This document shows, piece by piece, positions 1 through 10,323 of a DNA stretch of 63,566 bases. The stretch is from Clostridia bacterium (GTDB lineage: Bacteria > Bacillota > Clostridia > Christensenellales > CAG-138): assembly GCA_017451295.1 (NCBI GenBank), contig JAFSPW010000049.1, positions 1 through 63,566 on the forward strand, written 5' to 3'. The first letter of the stretch is position 1; every line of letters starts with the position of its first letter. The position numbers and the translations under genes were made by a program. Under the pieces are notes generated by a model. It did no database searches and was not told where the DNA came from. It worked only from the letters and a program-made list of their open reading frames with translations.

Positions 1-58
1 ATCGAACTCCTGTTACCGCCGTGAAAGGGCGATGTCTTAACCGCTTGACCACGGGGCC
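1..58 (-). tRNA. tRNA-Glu(TTC), 3' end cut off by window edge
   Basis: Reverse complement reads GGCCCCGTGGTCAAGCGGTTAAGACATCGCCC-TTTCACG-GCGGTAACAGGAGTTCGAT: D arm, anticodon TTC and T loop are visible. Confidence 0.93.
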
Positions 59-63
59 ACACC

Positions 64-140
64 TGGTCGGGGTGAGAGGATTCGAACCTCCGGCCCCATG
101 CTCCCAAAGCACGTGCGCTACCGGACTGCGCTACACCCCG
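64..140 (-). tRNA. tRNA-Pro(TGG)
   Basis: CGGGGTGTAGCGCAGTCCGGTAGCGCACGTGCTTTGGGAGCATGGGGCCGGAGGTTCGAATCCTCTCACCCCGACCA; full cloverleaf with encoded CCA. Confidence 0.96.
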
Positions 141-172
141 TAAAGCGCCACGCAACTTTTTGCGACTGGACA

Positions 173-201
173 AATATACATCATTGCGTACAAAATGTCA
201 A
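173..201 (-). promoter_or_regulatory. sigma70/sigmaA promoter of the tRNA-Pro/tRNA-Glu unit
   Basis: TTGACA-17 nt-TATATT on the minus strand upstream of tRNA-Pro. Confidence 0.7.
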
Positions 202-224
202 TAGCTTTTTTTCGAAATCTTCCA

Positions 225-1748
225 TTACAGCCAGTTGCCGAACAATCCCCGGGCGATAGCCTTGCCGAGTTTTCTACCGGCGGTATTCAAAACCGTGTTG
301 GTGGTGGTCCTGGCAACCTTCTTGGCGGCCTTCACCGTGGCGCTATCCTTCCTTTTGGCGGTGGTCTTCTTCTTTGCCTGCTCCTTTTCCTTGGCCTTGG
401 CGGCTTTTTCCTTTGCCGCCTGCTCCGCTTGCTGCTCCTTTTCCAGCTGAGCCGCCGCCCGTTCCTGCTCCTCCTTCAGCTTTTCATAGGCAGAATACCG
501 GTCCTGTGCCTCCTTATACTCGGTATACAGCATATCCCCGGCGAGAATCCGCTGCCGTGTGGACTCCTGGGCAGGAGCCATGAGACTTTGCGGCGGCAGG
601 ATGTTGGCCCGCTCCACCATGGAGGGAATGCCCTTCACATCGAGGAAGGAGACAAGGGCTTCCCCGGTACCGAGGGTCAGAATCTCCGCCTCTGCATCGA
701 GGTTGGGGTTGGGGCGGAAGGAGGCTGCCGCCGTCTTCACCGCCTTCAATTCCGTGGGGGTATAGGCTCGTAAGCCATGCTGTATGCGATTGCTCAGCTG
801 AGCAAGGACCTGATTAGGAATGTCCGCCGGGCTTTGGCTCACAAAATAGATGCCCACGCCCTTGGAGCGAATCAGCTTCACCAGCTGCACAATCTTATCC
901 AAAAAAGCCTTGGGGGCATCCTGGAACAGCAGATGGGCTTCATCAAAGAAGAACACGGCCTTGGGTTTTTCCGGGTCGCCCACTTCGGGCAAGCGTTCAA
1001 ACAGCTCCGAAACCAGCCAAATCAAAAACGTACTGTAAATCAGCGGACTTTGAATCAGCTTGGTGCTGTCGAGAATATTGAGATACCCCCGGCCGTTCTC
1101 GTCCAGGCGCATCAAGTCCCGAATGGAGATGGAGGGTTCCCCGAAGAAGATATCCCCGCCTTCATCTTCAAGGCGCAGCAATGCCCGTTGAATGGCGCCG
1201 ATGCTCTGCGGGGTCACATTGCCATAGGTGGTGGTAAGCTCGCTCCGATTGTCGGAAACATAGCTCAGCATGGCCCGCAAATCCTTTAAATCAATGAGCT
1301 CGAGGCCGTTGTCGTCCGCCACCCTAAAGACGATATGCAGCACTCCCGTCTGCACTTCGGACAATCCCAACAGTCGTGAGAGCATCATGGGTCCCATGTC
1401 GGAAACCTTGATTCGCACGGGGATGCCCGTTTCGCCGAAGATGTCCCAAAAGGCCACGGGGAAGCCCATATACTTCCAGTCTGCACGAATGTCAAAGCGG
1501 TCGATGCGCTTTTGCATGCCTTCGTTGTCTGCGCCGGGCTCGGCAAGGCCGGAAACGTCGCCCTTTACATCCGCCAAAAAGACGGGCACACCCATGTGGG
1601 AAAAGGCCTCCGCCAGCACCTTCATGGTGACGGTCTTGCCCGTGCCGGTGGCGCCGGTGATGAGGCCGTGGCGGTTGGCCATCTTGGGAAGGAGATTAAT
1701 TTTGTTGCCGTTGCTGTTGGCTACATAGGCCAGCTCTTGTATATACAT
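225..1748 (-). CDS. HerA-like/DUF853 (YjgR-family) P-loop ATPase
   Basis: ANRHGLITGATGTGKT Walker A, FFFDEAHLLF Walker B and LIRSKGVG motifs. Start placed at MYIQEL after a GAGGG RBS. Confidence 0.88.
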   Translation of the reverse strand: MYIQELAYVANSNGNKINLLPKMANRHGLITGATGTGKTVTMKVLAEAFSHMGVPVFLADVKGDVSGLAEPGADNEGMQKRIDRFDIRADWKYMGFPVAFWDIFGETGIPVRIKVSDMGPMMLSRLLGLSEVQTGVLHIVFRVADDNGLELIDLKDLRAMLSYVSDNRSELTTTYGNVTPQSIGAIQRALLRLEDEGGDIFFGEPSISIRDLMRLDENGRGYLNILDSTKLIQSPLIYSTFLIWLVSELFERLPEVGDPEKPKAVFFFDEAHLLFQDAPKAFLDKIVQLVKLIRSKGVGIYFVSQSPADIPNQVLAQLSNRIQHGLRAYTPTELKAVKTAAASFRPNPNLDAEAEILTLGTGEALVSFLDVKGIPSMVERANILPPQSLMAPAQESTRQRILAGDMLYTEYKEAQDRYSAYEKLKEEQERAAAQLEKEQQAEQAAKEKAAKAKEKEQAKKKTTAKRKDSATVKAAKKVARTTTNTVLNTAGRKLGKAIARGLFGNWL

Positions 1749-1884
1749 GGACGAACCCTCCTTGTTTTTCACTCTCCTATAGTACCATCGGCAGCAAAAA
1801 AACACAAGGCGCAGAAAAAATCTGTTGTCCATATTCGCATTTTGCGATATAATACAGTCAATTATTTTGGAGATTTATGTGTAC

Positions 1885-3276
1885 ATGATAGCAAAGCAAA
1901 TCGAACCGGAACGGTTGCAGCGCCAACAGGCCATCTCTCGGCAGGTAAAGGAGCAAATCAGCTCCCGTAGCCCCACCTACTATATCGAGACCTATGGCTG
2001 CCAGATGAACGTCCGAGACTCTCAAACCATTGCTGGGCTGCTCGAACAGATGGGCTATCTGCCTGCCGCCAGCAAGGAAGAAGCCAAGGTGATTCTATTT
2101 AACACCTGCTGCGTTCGGGACCACGCGGAAAAGCGGCTGCTGGCTAACATCGGCGCCCTGAAGGAACGCAAGGATGGGGAGGAAGACCTGATCATCGGCA
2201 TCTGCGGCTGTATGATGCAGCAGCCGGACACGGCCAAAAAGGTTATGAACCGGTTCCCCTTCGTAAACTTCGTATTCGGCACCAATGTGCTGTGGCGGCT
2301 GCCGGAAATCATACAATGCGCCTTGTCCGGCGAAAGGGTCACGGCGACCGAGGAGGAGGGTTTCGCCATCGCAGAGGATCTGCCTGCTCAGCGGGACAGC
2401 CAATATTCCGCCTTTGTGAATATCACCTTCGGCTGCGACAACTTCTGCACCTATTGCATCGTGCCGTATGTCCGGGGCAGGGAGCGGTCCCGTGCGTTAG
2501 TGGATGTGGTGGAGGAGGTGCGCTCCCTTGCCAGCAGCGGCATCAGCGAAGTCACCCTGCTGGGGCAGAATGTGAACTCCTACGGCAAGGGGATGGATGT
2601 GGACTTTGCGGATTTATTGAAGGCTGTGAACGGCGTGGACGGCATCCGGCGCATCCGGTATATGTCCTCCCATCCCAAGGATTTAAGTCCCCGGCTTATG
2701 GAAGCCATCGCCCAGAACAGCAAGGTTTGTCACCACATGCACCTGCCGATGCAGTCCGGGAGCACAGAGATTCTGCGGCGGATGAACCGAAACTATTCCC
2801 GGGAAAAGTATCTGCAGCTCGTGGATAAGCTCAGAACCGTGGTGCCGGATATTGAATTGACCACCGATGTTATCGTCGGTTTTCCCGGGGAAACGGAACA
2901 GGATTTCCTGGACACCCTGTCATTGATGGACCAGGTTGGGTTTTCCGCTGCGTTCACCTTCAAATATTCCCCCAGGAAGGGGACCCGGGCTGCCGACATG
3001 CCGGACCAGATTCCGGAGGCGGTGAAGAAGGAGCGGCTCCAGCGGCTCAACGACCTGCAGACGCGCAAGACAAGAGAAAACAATCAAAAGTATCTCGGCC
3101 ACAGGGGAGAGGTTCTGGTGGAGGGCTTTGACCAGCGGGAGCAAACCCTGCTCTTTGGCAAGCTGGGTACCTTCAAAATGGTGTATTTTCCCGGGGATAA
3201 GGGCCTGCTGGGCACCTATCAGACCGTGACCGTAACGGACACGGCCAAAAACTCCCTATTAGGACAAATGGAGTAA
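1885..3276 (+). CDS. miaB: tRNA-2-methylthio-N6-dimethylallyladenosine synthase MiaB
   Basis: TYGCQMN and NTCCVR (UPF0004), radical-SAM CDNFCTYC, C-terminal TRAM-like region; upstream of mutSL-miaA. Start approximate. Confidence 0.93.
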   Translation: MIAKQIEPERLQRQQAISRQVKEQISSRSPTYYIETYGCQMNVRDSQTIAGLLEQMGYLPAASKEEAKVILFNTCCVRDHAEKRLLANIGALKERKDGEEDLIIGICGCMMQQPDTAKKVMNRFPFVNFVFGTNVLWRLPEIIQCALSGERVTATEEEGFAIAEDLPAQRDSQYSAFVNITFGCDNFCTYCIVPYVRGRERSRALVDVVEEVRSLASSGISEVTLLGQNVNSYGKGMDVDFADLLKAVNGVDGIRRIRYMSSHPKDLSPRLMEAIAQNSKVCHHMHLPMQSGSTEILRRMNRNYSREKYLQLVDKLRTVVPDIELTTDVIVGFPGETEQDFLDTLSLMDQVGFSAAFTFKYSPRKGTRAADMPDQIPEAVKKERLQRLNDLQTRKTRENNQKYLGHRGEVLVEGFDQREQTLLFGKLGTFKMVYFPGDKGLLGTYQTVTVTDTAKNSLLGQME

Positions 3277-3293
3277 ACAGAAAGAGAACGAAC

Positions 3294-5930
3294 ATGAAGA
3301 TAGTGGATGGACTTTCCCCCATGATGCGGCACTACTTGAAGATGAAGGAGCAGTATCCCGATTGCTTCCTGTTCTACCGCCTGGGCGATTTCTACGAAAT
3401 GTTTTTTGAGGATGCCATAGAGGGCAGCAAGCTCATGGAGCTTACCCTGACGGGCCGGGATTGCGGTCTGCAGGAAAGAGCGCCCATGTGCGGCGTGCCC
3501 TATCACAGCGTGGACACCTATGTGCAGCGCCTGATTTCCAAGGGCAAGAAGGTAGCCATCTGCGAGCAGATGGAGGACCCGGCCACCGCCAAGGGACTCG
3601 TAGACCGGGCGGTGATTCGGGTGATTACTCCCGGCACCGTCATTGAGGAAAAGCTGCTGGATGCCGGGAAGAACAACTTCCTGCTCAGCATCTATATGGG
3701 CAAAACCGGCTATGGCTATGCCTATGCGGATGTGTCCACCGGCGAGTTTATGGCCGGAGAAATCACGCCTTTGGAGGCAGATGACCAGCTTGTCAACGAG
3801 ATTGTTCGCATAGGACCCACGGAGTGCATCGCCAACGAGGCCGTGTTTGGGCAGGCGTATATCAAAAAGAAACTGCAGAGTTTGTGCTATTTAGAGAAGC
3901 AGCCGGACAGCATCTTCACCCCGGGGCGAGGGGAGGAGGTGCTAAAAAAGCACTTCGCCGTGGCGGCGCTGGACGGCTTTGGCTGCGCCGGAAAGCCTCT
4001 GGTTATCTCTGCCGCCGGGGCTTTGCTCCAGTATCTGCAGGATACCCAGAAGAACGGCCTCACCCATATACAGAAGCTGGGCATGGTGGTGCCCACGGAC
4101 TATATGCAGATAGATGCCAACACCCGGCGGAACCTCGAGCTGGTGTCCGGTATTCGTACCGGGACGGAAGGGAAAAACACCCTGGTCTACCTGTTGAATA
4201 AGACGAAGACCTCCATGGGGCAGCGGATGCTCAAAAGCTGGATTGACTGCCCCCTGCAAAATATTGCGGACATTGAAGCGCGGCAGCAGGCCGTACAGGA
4301 ATTGTTTGATTCCCCTCGGCTTCGCACCCGGCTGCAGGAGCATCTGGATAATATCTACGACATCCACCGCCTGTGCTCCAAGATTGCCTACGGCACCATC
4401 AACCCGAGGGACTGCATTGCCCTGTCCCGGTCCCTGCGGCAGATTGCCCCCATCAAAGCCCTTTTGGGGGACTGCAGCAGCCCGGAACTAATGCGTATTG
4501 CCGAGGCTTTGGACCCTATGGAGGATACTGCGACGGCCATCGATCAGGCCATTGCCGATGACCCTGCCCCCAATTTGAAGGAAGGCGGTGTCATTCGTAC
4601 CGGCTTTAACCAGGAGGTGGACGAGCTCAGGGATATCTCCGGCGGCGCCAAGAAATGGCTGGATGATGTGTTGACCCGGGAGCGGGAGAACACCGGAATT
4701 AAGAATCTGCGGATTGGCTTTAACAAGGTGTTCGGCTACTACTTGGAGGTGACCAAGTCCTATGTGGACCAGGTACCCTTCTATTATCAGCGCAAGCAAA
4801 CCCTGACCGGTGCCGAACGCTACATCACCCCGGAGCTGAAGGAGATTGAAAACAACATCCTGACCGCCAACGATAGGCTGATTCGGCTGGAAGCGGAGCT
4901 GTATACTAAGCTGCGGGAGTCCCTCCTCTGTGAAACGCCTCGCTTGGAGCAGAATGCCGCGCTGCTAGCCCAGTTGGATGTGCTGGCGAGCTTTGCCCAG
5001 GTGGCCATGACCAACCGCTATGTCTGCCCTAAGATGACGGATGATGGGGTTATCTGCATACAAAACGGCCGTCATCCCATTGTGGAAGGGAGCCTGAAAG
5101 ATGGGTTTATCCCCAACGATGTGCTGCTTGACAGAAAAGACAACCGGCTGCTGATTATCACCGGACCCAACATGGCGGGCAAGAGCACCTATATGCGTAT
5201 GACGGCCCTCATCACCATTATGGCCCACATAGGGTGCTTTGTGCCGGCAGACGAAGCCAGCATTTGCCTGGTGGACCGTATCTTCACCCGCATCGGCGCC
5301 AGCGACGACCTTTCCGCCGGGCAGAGCACCTTTATGGTGGAGATGAGCGAGGTGGCCAATATCCTGAATAATGCCACCAAAAACAGTCTTTTGATTCTGG
5401 ACGAAATCGGCAGAGGCACCAGCACCTATGACGGTCTTTCCATCGCATGGGCGGTGTTGGAGGATATTGCCGATCCGGCAGCCTGCGGTGCAAAAGCCCT
5501 CTTTGCCACCCACTACCATCAGCTTTCCGAGCTGGAAGGACACCTGAGCGGCGTGAAAAACTATCGCATATCCGTAAAGGAGATTGGAGAAGATATCCTC
5601 TTTCTCCACAAGATTGTCCGAGGCAGCGCCGACAAGAGCTTCGGCGTTCAGGTGGCAAGGCTGGCCGGGATTCCCCAGAATGTCATTGCCCGAGCCGGGG
5701 AAATCCTCCAGGATTTAGAGGCCGGACGGCAGGTGATTCGGGATGATTCCTCCTCTGTGGATAATGTGGACAACATGGATAACAGCAAAAATGCTGGGGA
5801 TAACTCGGTGGATAAGGCCGTTTTGGAGGATATTAAGGGGTTGGATTTGGAGAATTTGACGCCTATGATGGCCCTGCAGAAGCTGTATTCCTACCATGAT
5901 GCTTGGAGGGACTTGAAGCATGCTGATTAA
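3294..5930 (+). CDS. mutS: DNA mismatch repair protein MutS
   Basis: RLGDFYEMF mismatch-binding motif, TGPNMAGKST Walker A, DEIGRGT, FATHYH. Confidence 0.97.
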   Translation: MKIVDGLSPMMRHYLKMKEQYPDCFLFYRLGDFYEMFFEDAIEGSKLMELTLTGRDCGLQERAPMCGVPYHSVDTYVQRLISKGKKVAICEQMEDPATAKGLVDRAVIRVITPGTVIEEKLLDAGKNNFLLSIYMGKTGYGYAYADVSTGEFMAGEITPLEADDQLVNEIVRIGPTECIANEAVFGQAYIKKKLQSLCYLEKQPDSIFTPGRGEEVLKKHFAVAALDGFGCAGKPLVISAAGALLQYLQDTQKNGLTHIQKLGMVVPTDYMQIDANTRRNLELVSGIRTGTEGKNTLVYLLNKTKTSMGQRMLKSWIDCPLQNIADIEARQQAVQELFDSPRLRTRLQEHLDNIYDIHRLCSKIAYGTINPRDCIALSRSLRQIAPIKALLGDCSSPELMRIAEALDPMEDTATAIDQAIADDPAPNLKEGGVIRTGFNQEVDELRDISGGAKKWLDDVLTRERENTGIKNLRIGFNKVFGYYLEVTKSYVDQVPFYYQRKQTLTGAERYITPELKEIENNILTANDRLIRLEAELYTKLRESLLCETPRLEQNAALLAQLDVLASFAQVAMTNRYVCPKMTDDGVICIQNGRHPIVEGSLKDGFIPNDVLLDRKDNRLLIITGPNMAGKSTYMRMTALITIMAHIGCFVPADEASICLVDRIFTRIGASDDLSAGQSTFMVEMSEVANILNNATKNSLLILDEIGRGTSTYDGLSIAWAVLEDIADPAACGAKALFATHYHQLSELEGHLSGVKNYRISVKEIGEDILFLHKIVRGSADKSFGVQVARLAGIPQNVIARAGEILQDLEAGRQVIRDDSSSVDNVDNMDNSKNAGDNSVDKAVLEDIKGLDLENLTPMMALQKLYSYHDAWRDLKHAD
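5756..5815 (-). promoter_or_regulatory. Cluster of five DnaA-box-like 9-mers inside the mutS 3' linker
   Basis: TGTGGATAA (5756, perfect), TGTGGACAA (5765), CATGGATAA (5774), TGGGGATAA (5795), GGTGGATAA (5807); all share one orientation. Confidence 0.6.
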
Positions 5931-7848
5931 AGTCTTGCCGCCCCATTTAGCCAACCAAATCGCCGCCGGTGAGGTGGTGGAGCGCCCGGCTTCCGTAGTG
6001 AAGGAATTGGTGGAAAACGCCCTCGATGCCCATGCCACAGCGGTGACCGTGGAGATTGAAGAAGGCGGCCTTGCCTCCATCCGCGTGGCGGACAACGGCA
6101 GCGGTATTGCGGCGGAGGATTGTCCCACGGCCTTTTTGCGCCACGCCACCAGCAAGATAAGCACTCAGGAGGATTTAGCCGCCATCGGCACCCTGGGGTT
6201 CAGGGGAGAGGCCCTGGCCTCCATTGGGGCTGTTTCCCATGTGACCTTGACCAGCCGCACGCCAAACAGCGACTATGGCACCAAGATAGTCTTTGATAAC
6301 GGGGAGCTGATTTCGAGCGAGCCCTGCTCCTGTCTGTTTGGCACCACCATTCAAGTGGACAGCCTCTTTGCTAAGGTCCCGGCCCGGCTGAAGTTTATGC
6401 GGGGCCAGCGGACGGAGGCGAGCTACATCGGCGATTTTATGGCCCGGGTCATTCTCGGGCGCCCAGATGTGGCCTTCCGCTTTATCAACGGCGGCAAAAC
6501 CGTGTATGAGACCTATGGCGACGGGAAGCTGCCCAGCGCCGTGTTCGCTGTATACGGGTCCCAGATAGCCGACAGGCTCCTGCCGCTGTCCTTTGATAAC
6601 GGGTATGTGCATTTGGAGGGGTATATCGGCAATCAGGAGATATCCCGTCCCAACCGTTCCCTGGAGACCATCTTTGTCAACGGCCGCTATATCCGCAGCG
6701 TGGGCTTGTTTTCCGCCATACAAAAGGCATACGACACCCGCATGATGGTGGGCCGGTACCCCTTTGCCCTTATCAACATCACCATCGCCAAGGAGGAGGT
6801 GGACGTGAATGTCCACCCGGCAAAGACGGAGGTTCGGTTTGTGGACCAGGCTCGGGTGGAGTATGCAATCACCAGCGCCTGCGCCCAGGCCCTGCGGGGA
6901 CCCGTGATTCCCGCCGTACATCTGCCCACGCCGCCCCGGCAGCGGGAGGAACAGCCTGTTTACTCTGGTTCACAAGAAAAACCCGCCAGCTCTGCCACGG
7001 TTTCTGCCAGCACGCCCTATACGCAACTGCCAAAGAAGCCCGTGGTGGGGAGCTATACCCAGGCATACAAGGAGCAAATTACCGTGCCGCCTCGCTCCGT
7101 GCTCAGGGAGAGCAGCGCCGGGTATTCCTACAACACCTTCACGCCTAAGGAGCCGCCCAAAGCGAAGGAAACGGCCACGGATACCCCTCAGGTGCCTGTG
7201 TTTGCCGTGGCCGGCAGTCGGCCTGCTGAGCCGGTCATCGGCCAGCGAAAGCCGGAACAAAACCAGATTCCCCTCGATTTTGCCGCCAACATCATCGGCT
7301 GTGCCTTTAGGACCTATTGGATTGTTCAGCATGAGGATGATTTGTATCTAATCGATCAGCATGCCGCCCACGAACGCCGTCTATACGAAGAGTTCACCAG
7401 CCGGGGCGTGGCGGCTGCCTCCCAGGAGCTGCTGCTGCCGCAGCTGGTTACCCTGCAGCCCAGGGAGTTTGAACTGATGCTGCAATGGCAAAACGAGCTG
7501 GAAGAGCTGGGGTATCGGTTTGAACAGGCCGGTACGTTAAGCATCAATCTTACCGCCGTGCCTGTGCTCAACGGCACCGTTTTTGACGGGGATTCCCTTC
7601 ACGAAGCCATCAACGCCATCGGTGAAGCGGGACGGGGCGCCAAGGAAGCCCTGGTACGAGAGAAGATTATCTATGCCTCCTGCAAGCATGCGGTGAAGGG
7701 TGGGGAGGAGCTGCAAAAAGAGGAGATTATCAGCCTTCTGCAGCTGTATGTGCAAAAGGGCATTCCCCTAACCTGTCCCCACGGCCGTCCGGTGGTGGTG
7801 CGGCTTTCCAAGCACGAGCTGGAAAAGATGTTCAAGCGTATCGTATGA
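5920..7848 (+). CDS. mutL: DNA mismatch repair endonuclease MutL
   Basis: IAAGEVVERPASVVKELVEN, GFRGEAL, DQHAAHER endonuclease motif, CPHGRP. Confidence 0.97.
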   Translation: MLIKVLPPHLANQIAAGEVVERPASVVKELVENALDAHATAVTVEIEEGGLASIRVADNGSGIAAEDCPTAFLRHATSKISTQEDLAAIGTLGFRGEALASIGAVSHVTLTSRTPNSDYGTKIVFDNGELISSEPCSCLFGTTIQVDSLFAKVPARLKFMRGQRTEASYIGDFMARVILGRPDVAFRFINGGKTVYETYGDGKLPSAVFAVYGSQIADRLLPLSFDNGYVHLEGYIGNQEISRPNRSLETIFVNGRYIRSVGLFSAIQKAYDTRMMVGRYPFALINITIAKEEVDVNVHPAKTEVRFVDQARVEYAITSACAQALRGPVIPAVHLPTPPRQREEQPVYSGSQEKPASSATVSASTPYTQLPKKPVVGSYTQAYKEQITVPPRSVLRESSAGYSYNTFTPKEPPKAKETATDTPQVPVFAVAGSRPAEPVIGQRKPEQNQIPLDFAANIIGCAFRTYWIVQHEDDLYLIDQHAAHERRLYEEFTSRGVAAASQELLLPQLVTLQPREFELMLQWQNELEELGYRFEQAGTLSINLTAVPVLNGTVFDGDSLHEAINAIGEAGRGAKEALVREKIIYASCKHAVKGGEELQKEEIISLLQLYVQKGIPLTCPHGRPVVVRLSKHELEKMFKRIV

Positions 7849-8774
7849 AGCTGCTGCTGATTTGCGGGCCAACGGCCTGCCATAAGAGTGAAACGGCGCT
7901 GCGCCTGGCAAAGGCCTTTGACGGGGAGATACTCTCCGCCGATTCCGTCGCCGTATATCGAGGCATGGATATCGGTTCCGCCAAGCCCACGAAGCAGGAG
8001 CAGCGGCAAGTGCCCCATCACCTGATTGACATTGCAAGCCCGGACGATGGAGATTTCTCCGTCTCTGCCTTCCAAAAGGCTGCCGATGCTGCCATTGTCG
8101 ACATAAGCAGCCGAAACAAACTCCCCATTTTGGTGGGCGGCAGCGGTCTATACTGCGATGCCGTGCTGGAAAACATGGGCTATGCCTTGCCGAAGGACCC
8201 AGCGTTGCGCGCTGAGCTGGAATCGGAATATGACCGTGACCCTCAGGCTTTCTTTGCCGCCATGGCGGCAGATGACCCGGCAGCAGGGGAGAGACTGCAC
8301 CCAAATGACAAAAAGCGGGTGGTTCGGGCCCGGGAGGTGTACTTGCTTTGCGGCAAGCCCTTCTCCGCCTTCAATACGGATTATCAGCAAGCGCAGCACA
8401 ACAGCCGTTACGATGCCTTGCGTATCGGGCTGAATATGGACAGAGACCTTTTATACGCCGCCATCGAAGGGCGGGTGGACAGGATGATACAGCAGGGACT
8501 TATCCAGGAGGCCAAGGCCCTCTATGATAAGGGCTATGACCGGCAGCTGCCCGCCATGCAGGCTATCGGCTATGCCCAGCTGTTTGCCTATTTTGACCAA
8601 GAAGTGTCCCTAACCCGGGCGATTTTGGATATCAAGCAGGCCACCCGGCGGTTTGCCAAGCGGCAGCTGACCTGGTTTGGGCGGGATGAACGAATCCGTT
8701 GGTTTGATTGTGGAAATTACGAGCAGGCGTACCTTGGTATTTACGCCTATGTAAAGGAGAATTTGAACAAATGA
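7845..8774 (+). CDS. miaA: tRNA dimethylallyltransferase MiaA
   Basis: GPTACHKS P-loop variant, DSVAVYRGMDIGSAKP, VGGSGLY, AKRQLTWF. Confidence 0.95.
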   Translation: MKLLLICGPTACHKSETALRLAKAFDGEILSADSVAVYRGMDIGSAKPTKQEQRQVPHHLIDIASPDDGDFSVSAFQKAADAAIVDISSRNKLPILVGGSGLYCDAVLENMGYALPKDPALRAELESEYDRDPQAFFAAMAADDPAAGERLHPNDKKRVVRAREVYLLCGKPFSAFNTDYQQAQHNSRYDALRIGLNMDRDLLYAAIEGRVDRMIQQGLIQEAKALYDKGYDRQLPAMQAIGYAQLFAYFDQEVSLTRAILDIKQATRRFAKRQLTWFGRDERIRWFDCGNYEQAYLGIYAYVKENLNK

Positions 8775-10030
8775 GCAACATAGATTCCTTGATACAGCAG
8801 GCGGAGGCCCAATTGCAGCCGGCTTTTTCCCGGCAGGAGGCCATTGCCCTTGCCAATCAGAAGCGGGTGCTGGATGCCTTTCGCTCCGTTGGCGTGTCTC
8901 CCCGGAACTTTGCCCCCTCTGAAGGGTACGGCTATGATGATTTGGGTCGGGATGCGCTGGACAGGGTGTTTGCCCAGGCTCTGCAAGCAGAAGATGCTCT
9001 GGTCCGGCCCCAGATTGCCAACGGTACCCATGCCATCTTCCTGGCTCTTAGCGGCCTGTTGGAGCCGGGAGATGTGATTCTGTCCGCCAGCGGTCGTCCC
9101 TATGACACCCTGGAAACGGCTGTAGGTCTCACGGGGAACGCCCCCAACGCTCTTTCCCGCATGGGCATCGGCTTTCAAACGGTGGACTTGCTGGAAGGGG
9201 AGACGCCCTTTGATTTTGAAGCCGTCAGGGAAGGCCTCGTCAATCATCCGGAGGTAAAGCTCGTATACGTCCAGCGTTCAAGGGGGTATGCCTGGCGGGA
9301 AGCCATTTTTGTGGACAGCATGCAGCCGCTCTTTGAACTTGTCAAAGCTCTGCGCCCCGATGTGATTATTGCGGTGGACAACTGCTATGGCGCCTTCACG
9401 CAGGAGAAGGAGCCCACGGCGGTGGGTGCAGATGTGATGATGGGTTCCCTTATCAAAAACTGCGGCGGCGGCATTGCGCCTACGGGCGGCTACATCGCCG
9501 GGCGAAAGGATTTAATAGAGCGCATCAGCTACCGACTGACGGTGCCCGGTTCCGGCCGAGAGGTGGGTTCCTATGCCGCTTCCTACCGACCCTTCTATCA
9601 GGGTCTGTTTATGGCGCCCCATACGGTGCTCCAATGCCTCAAAACCGCCATGCTCTTTGGCCAGGTCTTTGAGGCCTTGGGCTATGATGTGATGCCCAAG
9701 GGAACGGCAAAGCGGTCAGATATTGTGGAGTCCATTCGCTTTGGGAAGCCGGAGGAGCTGGTGGCCTTCTGCAAGGCGGTTCAGTTTGCCTCCCCGGTGG
9801 ACAGCGATGTGACCCCGGAGCCCTGGGATATGCCTGGGTATACGGATAAGGTGATTATGGCGGCGGGCACCTTCATTCAGGGGGCCACCTCAGAGCTCAG
9901 CGCCGACGGCCCCATTCGCCCTCCGTACGCTGTATATATGCAGGGGGGATTGACCTACGAGCACGGCAAACTGGCCCTTATGGAGGTGGCAGAGGCCGTC
10001 ATAAGCCAGAGAGGGGGAGAGGAGAAATGA
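8771..10030 (+). CDS. YnbB-like PLP-dependent enzyme (methionine gamma-lyase/aluminium resistance family)
   Basis: GYGYDDLGRD, QRSRGY, VDNCYG, GSLIKNCGGG and PWDMPGY motifs. ATG at 8771 follows an AAGGAG RBS. Confidence 0.88.
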   Translation: MSNIDSLIQQAEAQLQPAFSRQEAIALANQKRVLDAFRSVGVSPRNFAPSEGYGYDDLGRDALDRVFAQALQAEDALVRPQIANGTHAIFLALSGLLEPGDVILSASGRPYDTLETAVGLTGNAPNALSRMGIGFQTVDLLEGETPFDFEAVREGLVNHPEVKLVYVQRSRGYAWREAIFVDSMQPLFELVKALRPDVIIAVDNCYGAFTQEKEPTAVGADVMMGSLIKNCGGGIAPTGGYIAGRKDLIERISYRLTVPGSGREVGSYAASYRPFYQGLFMAPHTVLQCLKTAMLFGQVFEALGYDVMPKGTAKRSDIVESIRFGKPEELVAFCKAVQFASPVDSDVTPEPWDMPGYTDKVIMAAGTFIQGATSELSADGPIRPPYAVYMQGGLTYEHGKLALMEVAEAVISQRGGEEK

Positions 10031-10323
10031 AAGCCTGTCTGCTGGGCCTGAAGGCCGTTTGCGACGATTGCGGCGCCTGCGAGGAGGACCGCTGCGACCT
10101 GGACCCCAATAAGCTGTGCGATAACTGTTTCAAGTGCCTGGAAATCACCCAGAGCTATCGGGAGATTCCCATCGGCCGCATGCTAATGGACAGCAGCGGC
10201 GGGGGAGAGCTGTACGCTATTCTGGACGATGAACCTCTGGAGCCGGAGATGGATTTGAATCTGGAGCAGGGGGATTCGACGGGAGGTCCGGACGATTTGG
10301 AATGGTATCCTCCCGAAGCGTAA
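10027..10323 (+). CDS. Small Cys-rich hypothetical protein with acidic tail
   Basis: CDDCGAC..CDLDPNKLCDNCFKC; ATGA overlap with the upstream gene and a strong GGAGG RBS. Confidence 0.7.
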   Translation: MKACLLGLKAVCDDCGACEEDRCDLDPNKLCDNCFKCLEITQSYREIPIGRMLMDSSGGGELYAILDDEPLEPEMDLNLEQGDSTGGPDDLEWYPPEA

